Below are positions 1-10,125 of a DNA stretch of 44,314 nt, piece after piece. A program made the position numbers and the translations under genes. This DNA is from Bacteroidales bacterium (lineage in GTDB: Bacteria > Bacteroidota > Bacteroidia > Bacteroidales > S143-33), in contig JALVRO010000097.1 of NCBI GenBank assembly GCA_027031265.1, positions 1 to 44,314 of the forward strand, in the 5' to 3' direction. Each line of letters starts with the position of its first letter. Position 1 is the stretch's first letter. The notes beneath the pieces are model-generated. The model saw only the letters and a list, made by a program, of their open reading frames with translations. It was not told the DNA's origin and did no database searches.

Positions 1-3000
1 AGATCTACACGAATATTCAGGTCGCTCTTAATGGTCTGTGGTCCAGCTCCTGTGTTTATCAAGATCTTAACTTCAGGTATTATATATCCTGCACCAAAGG
101 TAATAGCATCACTATGACGCTCACGTATCTGGTTATTGCTAAAGGACAGGAATATATCGCGTGTCTTCTTGTAGTCTAGCCTGAAGCTCATCTTATTCTT
201 AAATTGCATATCAAGCCCGATGAACGGCACAAAACGCTCGCTAATGGACACAGCGCCCATTTCATACAATGGTACAAAATCACCAGTTCCATCATAAACC
301 ACATTACTATATCCAAACTGCTCATAACTATCAAAATCAAAATTGGGATTAGACTGGAAATTATTAACCGTAAAAGTCGAAGCATAAGAATATGTAAGCG
401 TAATTTTCGTGGCTATCTTGTTAATCAGAGGTAAATTTTTCAATCCATCAAAACTTATACGCCAGTCTGGAAGTGGAATTGTAGGGAATGAAGTCAACTG
501 AATCTTTGTTGGGTCAAAGCCAGAATATGCTGCCAGCAAGGCTGGTATGAGCACATCCTGTGAAGTAGGTCCGTACCCGGAAGGGAAAAATTCCCCAGTA
601 GCTGAATCAAGCACAGGTTGTGGGTTATAATTAGGATCTAAGCTACGATGCTGGGCTGCCAGACGGTCTGCTATTATCTTCCTGTAATAAAGGAAGTTGT
701 CATAAGCATCTGACTGGAACGTAAGCGCATCATATTTTTCGAATGCCGTACGAATTGTGTTAATTGAAATAAAGAAATTACCATTGACCAGGCGCTGCAA
801 ACGGCGGAAATTACCATCAGGTAAGGCATAGCCATATTCTTCTGTGTTAAAGCTCTCGTTCCGCTGAAAATTTAGATCCACACGCACATTATTAAATGGC
901 TCGAGATTTATCTGTGCCCTGAGCTCCTGTCCCTGCATCATTCTCAGTGGTTTATTAAAGAGTGTGTCTGTCGTTATCCAGCCATGTGAAGCTGCATATT
1001 CTATAAAATCCGGGTCTTCCATGCCTGTAACGTACCGCCAACCTGGAGCCCACAGATCACCCTGGCGACTCTGACCAAATACCTGTGCCTTCGGCATAAA
1101 ACCATTAATCAGTGAGCCTGTGGACAGCTTGTAAGTCATAGAAGCTCTCCTGAGAAACATCATGGACTTGAGCATATAGTCTTTGACCACCACAAGCGGG
1201 TTCTCTGATGCCTTTTTCTTTCCATACACCCTGATTGTCACATTATTAAGCTGCTTATCAGGACGGATACGTATCTGGTTTTTGTCAATAACCTTAAAGG
1301 CAATAGACTGCGGCGTACCAGATGAGTCAATGACCTCGACCTTGACAATATCTGTTGTTTTTAGTTTGTGCACAATATAAAGCGAACGGCCAGCACGCAG
1401 GCGGCGGAATTTTTTCTGGTAAGTAAGGCGTTTCTCAGCCTGTGTTTGTGGCTTGCGGCCCTGTGGAGTAAAACGACTATCCACATCACGCAGGAATTTG
1501 ACCTTATTATACAGGGAAGCAAAGTTCAAGCTTGCATTTGCCTGGAACACAGATGAATTTTGAATCATATTACCAAAATCAATGGTATAAGCAGGTGTGG
1601 AATCTGTTGCAGGTACCTTTATTGGATCCTGTCCCAGACGCCAATCATACGTTGCTGTGTAATTAAGGTTAAGCGAAGTCCATCCCAGCAATGGCAGTTT
1701 GTTAATTGGTGTACGGTAGGAAATGCGTATGCGCTGTGTGTAAGAAGTATTACGGCCCAGATCGTCGAGATACATAAAAATCGTGTCCTGTGGATTATAA
1801 ATACGTCTATACCACAGGGAACGGTCAAATTCCCTCCAGCCCTGGGGCTCTACCCTTGCCTGCTCATTAGCCGACAGATCCAGGCGTAGGCCCTGTGATA
1901 GCTGGTAGGAGAGGTCATAATTCCGCCGCCACAGGAAATTTTTCTGGCTCATCACAGGGAGCACTATGTCAAACTGTGGGTTCAGGCTACGAGACTTGTA
2001 AATATTATATTGTCGATTAACCTCGGCCGAAAAATTCACACGTTTGGGCAGATAATAGAAATTAAAATCACGAATAAGACGGAACACAGGTTTGCGCATA
2101 AATTTGACTTTCTGGAAAGGCCTCACTACTGGCGCATTAGGATTATAGTTGTAAGCAAACGAAAGCATCAGGTCTTTCTGGTAATTAAACTCTGTGATTG
2201 GGTTACGCTGGTATATCTCGTTGTATGCAAAGGATGCTGTAAAATTAGAAATATGGTAAAACGGCTTGACACGTTTTCTGGGGCGCTGGCGTTTTTTACC
2301 TGGTTGTTGCTGTCCAGGTCTCTGCTGTTGTGTTTTCTGCTTTCCCTGTATACGTATATTTGTCACATTGAAGCTCTTGCGTCTAATATATGTTTGAGAA
2401 ATCAGTTTAAGATCCTCTTTCTCCTTGTCTGAGAGATTTGGGTTTGACAAAGCTGTACGTAGCTTTATGTCAGGGTCCAGTGGGTTATATTCAGGATTGG
2501 ATATACTCTCCGAATAGCCCCAGTAAACTGGAATAGACACACCGTATTTCTTGGGGAAAAATTTGCCGAACTGCAGACGAGTGCTCAGATCATACTGGAT
2601 AAGCTGGTCCTGGTAACGCTCGTTTACTCTCTGCTCTAGGCTACCAAAACCAGGCGTGTGTGTATAGGCTGCAAAGTTAACATTACCCAGGTCGGCTAAC
2701 GTAAGGTTTATTCTGGTTGTGGCAGCCCATCCTCCATTATTGTTAAAATCCTCCAGTCTTAGCTCATTGACCCATACTTCACAAGACTTGGGCAAGCCAT
2801 CATCTGGCAAAAGGTTATTTCTCGCACTGGGGTTACGTATGCCAATCATTATTACCTTGATATTACTCAGGTTGGGATTACCCAGCACTGTGATTTTCCG
2901 CTTGCCATCATACACAACGAATGGTGTGGTATAATTAACCATAGACCCTGGCTCGTGCATTACAATATTTCTCTTCTGCTTGGCCTGCAACAGTGTCTCA

Positions 3001-6000
3001 AAAGCCAGATCAAGCTCATTCTCTGCAGGCCAGACTATATATCTGGTTGGGTCGTCCTTGTCATCATCATTAGAATAATAAAATCCAGGAGGTGTGAGCT
3101 TGAGAGGAATCTCATACTCATAATAATTCTGTGTAAAATCAGATCCCAGGCGTATAAAGAGCGTTACGTCATCATCATGCAGCTGGTTTTCCTGTCCTTT
3201 AAGTGCCTCGGCATGCACATACATTTTAATGCGCTTATAACGGCGAACATCCATATCCACGAGCTTATACACTGCCTTGGCCTGACCATCCTCCAGATCT
3301 GTCACACGCAGGGACAGGGACTGCTCGTTGAGCTGACGCATCTGCTCATTATAAGGATCCTGTTCTCGCGTCACACCAGGTGGTAGAATGTAATTAACAG
3401 GCTCTTTCTGGCCACTCTCTTCTATATTAACCACAGAAATATCAAACGATGAATTATCAGCAGGCTCTGGACTGGTACTACCTTCTGCACCTTCTATAAG
3501 CTGGCCTTCATAAGCCCGCCATTCCTCACGAACGAGGTTAAACTCTGCAAAACGCAATACTACTGAATGCTGCCAGCCGCGTAAGAACATCCGCATAAAA
3601 CGGATTGATTTAAATCCACTAATATTACCATACACACCATCAGGCTTGCGCACAGGTACCTTGAACTGATACCAGGTCACCTCTCCATAATTACCATTTG
3701 GCAACTTGACACGGGAGCGTACCTTGTTGACAATATAATTCCTGCCTATCTGCATGTCCTGTGGCGAGAGATGTATATGATACTGGTAATAAGCCTCGTA
3801 ATTATCCAGGGTATTGTCGCGGTTAATATCCTCCATATCTGGCTGGAAACTAACAGCTTGATAAGCCAGATTATTTTCCTCTCCCAGCGGAGAGTTACCC
3901 TCTGTGCCATTGAAATGCTTGTAACGCTCAATTATACCAGCCTTTGTCTCGTCGTAACCTGGATCCAGGAAATATTTAAAATCATCATCTGACGGGTCTC
4001 CTGCAGCATTAAGATAAGCCTGAGAACTTGTGCCATATAGCTGGGCTATACGCTGGAGATAATGCTGATGAAATCTTTGCTCTGTCGAATCGAGCAGACC
4101 ATCAAAGCCAGCATCCTGTCTCTTTCGGGCTGCAGGGTTATTATCAAAATTCTGTGTGGTCATCTGCTCACGCGACACTATACCCCACTGTGTTGTGTCC
4201 ACTTTGGTAGGATCATCAGGATAAGGAATGCCATTCTCAAAGCTCTTGCGCCCATCACGTAGGATATCCTCTGAAATATCACCCAGATCAATGTACAGGT
4301 CACCGCCCGTTGCTGTGGAATCGTACACAAAAGGGTCCATTAACCAGAATTCAATAAACTCAATATTAGAACTCTCAAAATCAGTGACATACAAATCACG
4401 CATAATACCTGCCCAACGACTGGCTGGATTTTTTAACTGGCCATTCTGGTCAATACCAGCTGAGAGACCAGGATTGCCTTCCACATCAAAGTTATATGGA
4501 CCACGCTCCCTAGGGAAATATGCCAGGTTGAGCACTGTCAGACGTGCCGGTGTATTGTAAAAAGGCTGGCGGTTCGGATAAATCTCTGTCTCAAGCACAT
4601 CGCGCACCAGGTGATTGGAGATGCTATCCAAGTTAATATAGCTAGGCCTTGTCTGGCTACGACGGTCAGTAAAATCAGGGCTTACATCATACCATGCCAA
4701 TAGAGCTCTATTATACCCAGAGACCAGTGAAGTGACATTAGCTGCTTCGGGGAACATATCAGGCTGGTGCTGAGGAATGCTTGCCAACACCCAGGCTTGG
4801 GGTGCTTTCAGATCTATGTATGTCTGGCTGTCCTCAAAATCGTCTATAAAAGACACACCTTTTTTGTCCAGGATACGTGGATTACCAGGCACAAGATTAG
4901 CAAACTCAGCACTGAAATCAATGTGCGAAGGAGCCTTGGTCTGAATAAAAGGCAGCTTGTCTATGAGTCGTGTGAGGAAAGGTAGCTTGTGCGAAAAATT
5001 AACATTCCAGCCCCACAGGGTATTAGATACTGGCTCTGTACCAAATGGTGTCTTTATATCAACAGGTAGCTCTGTCAGATGCAAATAGGACAGACCCATA
5101 TTAAAATCTTTGGAAAACTGGTAATTCAGATGTGTGCCCATAAAATTCTGAGTGGTAAGCCCATATAAGTCCTGGCTCTCGAGAGTTATCTTGATTGGAA
5201 TGCCAGACATGAGTATAGACTTGTTGATAATGGTCACCTTGCCAATATTATAATCGACTGTGTAATCCACATTCTCCTGCAATTGGCGTCCACCCTGTGT
5301 CACCTTAACACTACCGCGAGGGATATTCATGGCATTGAGCATAATCTCTGAGCCTGAGCTCGAACGGTAACGGCCTTTGAGATAGAATTTGTTTTTAACA
5401 GCTATTTGCTGGGCAATGTATTGTGTGGAGTCATATAGTTCCTGATAAACATAACGATCAGCCACACGGGCATCCCCAATCTTTTCACGAAGAAAACTAC
5501 CGAAAGGTTCTAGTTCTGGAAAAATAACCAGGCCATGTTCTGGGTCTATTGTTACACCTTTGAGGAAATCAAAAAAGCCATCAGGGTGTGGGTTGTTCTG
5601 CTGGTCAGCTTTATCCAGATTCAGTACACGCAAAAGAGGCACATTTTTTATACTACCTTCTGGTAAATAATTAATCATATTACCTGTGCGGTCGTCATCA
5701 TAAAATACATCCAGTTGAAAATCCTCTGGTGAAATATTCCAGCTGTCAAGGGAATAAATATTCTTCATCATCAGATCCCACATAGGCACGTGTGGGTTGG
5801 ACGATGGACCACGCAAGAGTTTAACAATTAACACATCAGGCGCATTAACATCTGTAGAAAACTCACCCACTTTGTAAGTCTTACCGTTCATCGTATACTC
5901 ATAAGCCACAGCCAGCACTTCGCCGGGACGCAGAGTGAAATTCAGTGAAATGTATCCCAGATCATAGTTGACCGTATAATCTTTAGGGTCGAGCTTACGG

Positions 6001-7238
6001 GCACTCTCCAGTTTTATATAATCAGTTCCTTCGCGAAATCCCAGATTATTCAGCAGAGCCGAAACCTGTGTTATATCCCTTATCTGCGGATAATTATTAG
6101 TCAGATTCGAATACAAATCATTCAGATCATTGCTGGGATACTGCTCTCCTGGCGTCTGATGCACAAGAGATGAAGCATAAATATCAGGGTTAGCCTCGCC
6201 AAGGTCCTGGAAAGCTACAATATTACGGGCATTATCAAAGTCTGAAGTCTTATTGGTCACCCACACCTCTATCTTTGTAATTTTAACAGGTGAAGCAACC
6301 ACAGGGAGATTCTTTAGTGACTGCTCATAAAGGCCACGGAAATAATGATTCAAGAAAAAGTGCTTATCAGCCTCATAATCACTGGCCTTTATCTCAAACT
6401 CATTCATCACAGCTCCGCCCTTGACCTCAATGGTCTTGGCCTGACCCTTGCGATGAGAGAGCACGCTCTCGACAGTCAGACGGCCAAACTGCATAACAGC
6501 CTTAACACCAAAGAGTGTATTACTTCCCTGGATCAGACTATTGTCTGTGGTAAACATAACATTACCCAGCTCAAGACGCTGTAAGATCTCGTCCTCGTCA
6601 CCCGTATATTCAATTTTCTTCTGGTCCTGAAAGTCAAACATTGTGTTGGTATTGTAATTAATACCAACGTTGAGCTTATCCCCTATTTTACCATTGAGTC
6701 CGAGCTGTATATCCTGGTCAAACTTAAAAGTAGGGTAGCGACCCCGCAAATCTGGAGGCAAAGCAGGATTGTAAATCTTATTATACGCTATACCAAAAGT
6801 TAGTCCTATGGAGCCCGTAGGTCGCAGAGAAATAACATCCGAACCAAACAGTTCTTCTGCACCTTTGACTCCCACGCTTATATTTGGCGAGAGTATATTG
6901 CTCAGAAAAGTGGATTCTCCGCTTTTTTGTTCCTTGTTAAGTTCCTGTTTCCACATTGAAAAGAAAGCCTGCTTGTTCTGCTGCTTTATAAACTGGTTAA
7001 AATCCATTATCAGAGGCATACCAAAGCTGAGGGTATCAAATTTGTTCTGGAGAATAAAACCCAACCGTGGATCATACTCATAATCAAGGTTATAAAAAGG
7101 CTGTAACTGAGGTAATCCCAAGGATTTGGAAAAAGGGTTGGGTGAAAAATAATATGGAAAAATAGTATCCCTTTGAGCTAATAATGTGCTGAAAAAGATA
7201 AAAACAAAACTTATCCCCAGTAAGACTTTTTTTATCAT
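1..7238 (-). CDS. sprA: T9SS outer-membrane translocon / gliding protein SprA (Sov family); the C-terminal end runs off the window
   Basis: Absent from the ORF track because there is no in-window stop. My minus-strand translation from ATG 7238..7236 (MIKKVLLGISFVFIFFSTLLAQRDTIFPYYFSPNPF...) stays open for 2412 codons down to position 3. I spot-checked the frame near 7200, near 4000 (AYLNAAGDPSDDDFKYFLDP), near 2300 (QKTQQQRPGQQQPGKKRQRP) and near 600 (TGEFFPSGYGPTSQDVLIPA). It has a signal-peptide-like N-terminus and a size over 2400 aa. Stretches such as LELGNVMFTTDNSLIQGSNTLFGVKAVMQFGRLTVESV match SprA as I remember it. All short track ORFs at 188..7083 lie inside or antisense to it. Confidence 0.8.
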   Translation of the reverse strand, partial: MIKKVLLGISFVFIFFSTLLAQRDTIFPYYFSPNPFSKSLGLPQLQPFYNLDYEYDPRLGFILQNKFDTLSFGMPLIMDFNQFIKQQNKQAFFSMWKQELNKEQKSGESTFLSNILSPNISVGVKGAEELFGSDVISLRPTGSIGLTFGIAYNKIYNPALPPDLRGRYPTFKFDQDIQLGLNGKIGDKLNVGINYNTNTMFDFQDQKKIEYTGDEDEILQRLELGNVMFTTDNSLIQGSNTLFGVKAVMQFGRLTVESVLSHRKGQAKTIEVKGGAVMNEFEIKASDYEADKHFFLNHYFRGLYEQSLKNLPVVASPVKITKIEVWVTNKTSDFDNARNIVAFQDLGEANPDIYASSLVHQTPGEQYPSNDLNDLYSNLTNNYPQIRDITQVSALLNNLGFREGTDYIKLESARKLDPKDYTVNYDLGYISLNFTLRPGEVLAVAYEYTMNGKTYKVGEFSTDVNAPDVLIVKLLRGPSSNPHVPMWDLMMKNIYSLDSWNISPEDFQLDVFYDDDRTGNMINYLPEGSIKNVPLLRVLNLDKADQQNNPHPDGFFDFLKGVTIDPEHGLVIFPELEPFGSFLREKIGDARVADRYVYQELYDSTQYIAQQIAVKNKFYLKGRYRSSSGSEIMLNAMNIPRGSVKVTQGGRQLQENVDYTVDYNIGKVTIINKSILMSGIPIKITLESQDLYGLTTQNFMGTHLNYQFSKDFNMGLSYLHLTELPVDIKTPFGTEPVSNTLWGWNVNFSHKLPFLTRLIDKLPFIQTKAPSHIDFSAEFANLVPGNPRILDKKGVSFIDDFEDSQTYIDLKAPQAWVLASIPQHQPDMFPEAANVTSLVSGYNRALLAWYDVSPDFTDRRSQTRPSYINLDSISNHLVRDVLETEIYPNRQPFYNTPARLTVLNLAYFPRERGPYNFDVEGNPGLSAGIDQNGQLKNPASRWAGIMRDLYVTDFESSNIEFIEFWLMDPFVYDSTATGGDLYIDLGDISEDILRDGRKSFENGIPYPDDPTKVDTTQWGIVSREQMTTQNFDNNPAARKRQDAGFDGLLDSTEQRFHQHYLQRIAQLYGTSSQAYLNAAGDPSDDDFKYFLDPGYDETKAGIIERYKHFNGTEGNSPLGEENNLAYQAVSFQPDMEDINRDNTLDNYEAYYQYHIHLSPQDMQIGRNYIVNKVRSRVKLPNGNYGEVTWYQFKVPVRKPDGVYGNISGFKSIRFMRMFLRGWQHSVVLRFAEFNLVREEWRAYEGQLIEGAEGSTSPEPADNSSFDISVVNIEESGQKEPVNYILPPGVTREQDPYNEQMRQLNEQSLSLRVTDLEDGQAKAVYKLVDMDVRRYKRIKMYVHAEALKGQENQLHDDDVTLFIRLGSDFTQNYYEYEIPLKLTPPGFYYSNDDDKDDPTRYIVWPAENELDLAFETLLQAKQKRNIVMHEPGSMVNYTTPFVVYDGKRKITVLGNPNLSNIKVIMIGIRNPSARNNLLPDDGLPKSCEVWVNELRLEDFNNNGGWAATTRINLTLADLGNVNFAAYTHTPGFGSLEQRVNERYQDQLIQYDLSTRLQFGKFFPKKYGVSIPVYWGYSESISNPEYNPLDPDIKLRTALSNPNLSDKEKEDLKLISQTYIRRKSFNVTNIRIQGKQKTQQQRPGQQQPGKKRQRPRKRVKPFYHISNFTASFAYNEIYQRNPITEFNYQKDLMLSFAYNYNPNAPVVRPFQKVKFMRKPVFRLIRDFNFYYLPKRVNFSAEVNRQYNIYKSRSLNPQFDIVLPVMSQKNFLWRRNYDLSYQLSQGLRLDLSANEQARVEPQGWREFDRSLWYRRIYNPQDTIFMYLDDLGRNTSYTQRIRISYRTPINKLPLLGWTSLNLNYTATYDWRLGQDPIKVPATDSTPAYTIDFGNMIQNSSVFQANASLNFASLYNKVKFLRDVDSRFTPQGRKPQTQAEKRLTYQKKFRRLRAGRSLYIVHKLKTTDIVKVEVIDSSGTPQSIAFKVIDKNQIRIRPDKQLNNVTIRVYGKKKASENPLVVVKDYMLKSMMFLRRASMTYKLSTGSLINGFMPKAQVFGQSRQGDLWAPGWRYVTGMEDPDFIEYAASHGWITTDTLFNKPLRMMQGQELRAQINLEPFNNVRVDLNFQRNESFNTEEYGYALPDGNFRRLQRLVNGNFFISINTIRTAFEKYDALTFQSDAYDNFLYYRKIIADRLAAQHRSLDPNYNPQPVLDSATGEFFPSGYGPTSQDVLIPALLAAYSGFDPTKIQLTSFPTIPLPDWRISFDGLKNLPLINKIATKITLTYSYASTFTVNNFQSNPNFDFDSYEQFGYSNVVYDGTGDFVPLYEMGAVSISERFVPFIGLDMQFKNKMSFRLDYKKTRDIFLSFSNNQIRERHSDAITFGAGYIIPEVKILINTGAGPQTIKSDLNIRVD

Positions 7239-7260
7239 TTGCCACCTGTGTTTTTTGTGG

Positions 7261-7839
7261 TTAAGTAAGGTATTTGAACGATTCTTTTATTATGTATTCT
7301 ATACTTGCCTGTGGATTGGTTTTTAGGACTTTGGCCACAGCTTTTTCCACAGCCTTACGGCTAAAGCCCAGCACTACCAGAGCCTCAATAGCCTCATTTC
7401 TATTCGAACCACTACCCACAACCACTGCTTCCTGGCTGCGTGAATCAATCTTATCTTTCAGGTCAACAATAATCCTCTGCGCTGTCTTCAGGCCGATGCC
7501 TTTAACACTCTTTATTAGCTGTACATCTCCTGTCACAATAGCTGTGCGAACCTCATCAGGACTAAGGGACGAAAGCATCAGTCGGGCCGTTGCCGCTCCT
7601 ATTCCACTGACCGATATCAACTGACGGAAAATATCCCTTTCGTCCTTTGTTGCAAATCCATATAAAGTAAAACTATCCTCTCTGATTACCTGGTGAACGA
7701 ATAATTTAACATCTTTCTTGTCTTTGACCTGCTCAAATGTAAAAAGACTGATGTTCATATAATAACCCACGCCTGCTACATCTACAATTGCATAAGTAGG
7801 ACTTATCTCGACCAGAGAGCCCTTTAAGTATTCAATCAT
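7261..7839 (-). CDS. ruvA: Holliday junction branch migration complex subunit RuvA
   Basis: 192 aa. MIEYLKGSL...YGF N-terminal OB domain and two helix-hairpin-helix motifs (ISVSGIGAATARLMLS, SVKGIGLKTAQRII). The start overlaps the upstream peptidase stop (ATGA), and sprA begins 22 nt downstream. Confidence 0.95.
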   Translation of the reverse strand: MIEYLKGSLVEISPTYAIVDVAGVGYYMNISLFTFEQVKDKKDVKLFVHQVIREDSFTLYGFATKDERDIFRQLISVSGIGAATARLMLSSLSPDEVRTAIVTGDVQLIKSVKGIGLKTAQRIIVDLKDKIDSRSQEAVVVGSGSNRNEAIEALVVLGFSRKAVEKAVAKVLKTNPQASIEYIIKESFKYLT

Positions 7840-9656
7840 AGTTTAATTAATTTAAATTTTTGATAAAAACTATCCGATACTAACACAATGATATAAATCC
7901 CACTAGACAGATCCTCAAGACTTACTTCCTTCTCATATCCTGGAAAACCTCCGCTCACCTGCTTAACACGCCGGCCTGATAAATCACAAATATAAACAGA
8001 TTTCACAAGTTCTGGATGCAAGGTAAAAATTGTTATAAAATCACTTGCAGGATTAGGATAAATCTTAGATTGAGTAAAATCCATACCACCATACACCTGC
8101 GCCTGTGCTGGTATCCACATCTGAGGATCAAAGATTACATTCTTGACGAATTCCTGCACAGTCACTTCTACTACCTGGTCCAGTGCAGTGTCATTAACAA
8201 CGATAAGGGTATCTTCCCCACTGAGGGTCCGTATCTCCAGAGGCAAACGGAGCTCAAAAATATCCACATCATTAGACACAGGCTCTTGATGAATATTTAA
8301 CACAACCTTCTCCCCATGCTGTGAATACTCAATATCATAATGAGGATAACCTGTACCATAAAGCCAATCATCAAAAATGCCAGACAGGTCACATGCACAT
8401 GCTTGCTCCAGATGGCTCTGCAACGAAGGTGTCCTGGCATATCCAAAAGCCAGAGTTGTATCACGCAAATAACCTCTCAGCCCAGCAAAGAAAGCCGAAT
8501 CACCTATTGTCCAGCGGAGCAAATGCAGAAACAGGGCACCTTTCATATAAGTATAAGTGTAGCTAAAAATGCGATTCACATCTGTTGTGTCCTCCACATA
8601 AACCGAACCATAAGGATATTTAAAGACCCTTGCTCTTGCCCTCTCCAGCCAATCCAGGAAGGTATAAGAAGCTATACCTGCCTCGGCTGTCAGACCTTCT
8701 AGATAAGTAGCAAAAGCCTCATTCAAGTAAATATCATGCCACGAACCACAGGTAATATAATCACCAAACCACTGATGTGCTAATTCATGTGCCAATAGGG
8801 ACTGTCCAAAACCTCCAACGAAAGTCATGGTCTGATGCTCCATGCCACCGCCCCAGCCAAACTCAGCATGACCATATTTCTCCCTGTAAAACGGATAAAC
8901 CATAAACTGGTCTGAATAAAACTCCAGACAACGGGCAGCATGTGGTGTCTGCTCGCGGGCTGTCTGATAATGTTCCGGATAGACCATGTTCATTATGGGT
9001 ATCTTGAGACTATCACCAATGTATGCTGTGTCATAATATGTGCGGTAATTAGTTACTGCAAAGGCTACCAGATATGTGGCAATAGGATAATGAGTACGCC
9101 ATCGCATGGTCCTGACAGTGTCAATCACAGTATCCTGGACTAGCAAACCATTAGACGCTGCCCTGTAAGCACTATCACAATGCACAACGACCTCCAGTGA
9201 ATCAATTTTATCACCCAGGTTGTTCTTAGTTGGGAACCAATCTTTTGCACCATAAGGCTCAGAAAGAGTCCACATCACTGGCACGCTATCAGCATGTGTG
9301 CCTGTCGTAAAGCTGCCCATGCCTGCCTTAGGAGGCTCTCCGTGATAAAAAATCCTGATCGAATCTACAACCTGTGGCAATGCATGTAACCTAATGGTTA
9401 TCACATCATTAACATGTGAAAACTCTACAACAGATCCATGGTATAAAATGGAGTCTACCTTGAGACTATCGCTCAGGTCAATACTCAAGACGGAATCTGC
9501 ATTTTTAAAATAATAATCAACTTTTCCTATGATATTTCTCACATTTGGATTTACTGTAAAATCTAATCTTTGAAAAATCAAATTATACTTAAAATTTTGG
9601 CTAAATAAAATGAAAGAATAACTTAGCAGCGTCAATAAAAAAAATGTTTTTTTCAT
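7836..9656 (-). CDS. Secreted M1-family zinc aminopeptidase with a T9SS C-terminal sorting domain
   Basis: 606 aa. Signal peptide MKKTFFLLTLLSYSFILFSQ, GGMEHQ exopeptidase-like motif, zinc motif HELAHQWFGD plus NEAFATYLE, and a C-terminal ~80 aa KIYPNPASDFITI...GIYIIVL...KLIKL typical of T9SS CTDs. Confidence 0.9.
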   Translation of the reverse strand: MKKTFFLLTLLSYSFILFSQNFKYNLIFQRLDFTVNPNVRNIIGKVDYYFKNADSVLSIDLSDSLKVDSILYHGSVVEFSHVNDVITIRLHALPQVVDSIRIFYHGEPPKAGMGSFTTGTHADSVPVMWTLSEPYGAKDWFPTKNNLGDKIDSLEVVVHCDSAYRAASNGLLVQDTVIDTVRTMRWRTHYPIATYLVAFAVTNYRTYYDTAYIGDSLKIPIMNMVYPEHYQTAREQTPHAARCLEFYSDQFMVYPFYREKYGHAEFGWGGGMEHQTMTFVGGFGQSLLAHELAHQWFGDYITCGSWHDIYLNEAFATYLEGLTAEAGIASYTFLDWLERARARVFKYPYGSVYVEDTTDVNRIFSYTYTYMKGALFLHLLRWTIGDSAFFAGLRGYLRDTTLAFGYARTPSLQSHLEQACACDLSGIFDDWLYGTGYPHYDIEYSQHGEKVVLNIHQEPVSNDVDIFELRLPLEIRTLSGEDTLIVVNDTALDQVVEVTVQEFVKNVIFDPQMWIPAQAQVYGGMDFTQSKIYPNPASDFITIFTLHPELVKSVYICDLSGRRVKQVSGGFPGYEKEVSLEDLSSGIYIIVLVSDSFYQKFKLIKL

Positions 9657-9679
9657 AACAAACTTATATTTAAAATTTT

Positions 9680-10123
9680 ATGTCAAACCAGCTTGATAAA
9701 AACATAATCGAATTTATAAAAAAACAACAAGTTTTATCCCTGTCAACGTCTGTAAATAATCGTCCACACTCATGTAATTGTTTCTATGCCTATGATTCCC
9801 GTAATAATTGGCTAATCTGCACATCAGAATATGAAACAAAACATATTCAGGACTTAAAGTTAAACAATTACGTCAGTGGAACAATATACAGAGTAAAAAA
9901 ATTATCCGGCGTAGTAGCTGGAATACAATTTGATGGTTACATGCGTGAAGCCAAACAAGAGGAATTCCAGCGCGCAAAAAAAGTTTTTTATTCGCGATAT
10001 CCGCATCTGATAGGCAATAAAGCTCCTTTGTGGATCATTGACCTCAGTTATATTAAATTTACACACAACAAACTTCTTGGTTTTGGCAAAAAAATTGTCT
10101 GGGAAAAAGAAAACACACACTAG
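9680..10123 (+). CDS. PNPOx-like FMN-binding split-barrel protein, YhbP/UPF0306-like
   Basis: 147 aa. The C-terminal [17 protein letters not shown] closely resembles E. coli YhbP (IKFTDNTLGFGKKMIW) as I recall it. Its stop lies 2 nt before the thyA ATG. Confidence 0.65.
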   Translation: MSNQLDKNIIEFIKKQQVLSLSTSVNNRPHSCNCFYAYDSRNNWLICTSEYETKHIQDLKLNNYVSGTIYRVKKLSGVVAGIQFDGYMREAKQEEFQRAKKVFYSRYPHLIGNKAPLWIIDLSYIKFTHNKLLGFGKKIVWEKENTH

Positions 10124-10125
10124 CT

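Noticed and set aside
188-7083. About 20 short ORFs (60-143 aa) listed in the track across the first 7 kb
   Set aside because: All lie inside or antisense to the single 2412-codon sprA frame. They have low-complexity or hydrophobic nonsense composition, many have TTG/GTG starts, and none shows a recognisable motif.
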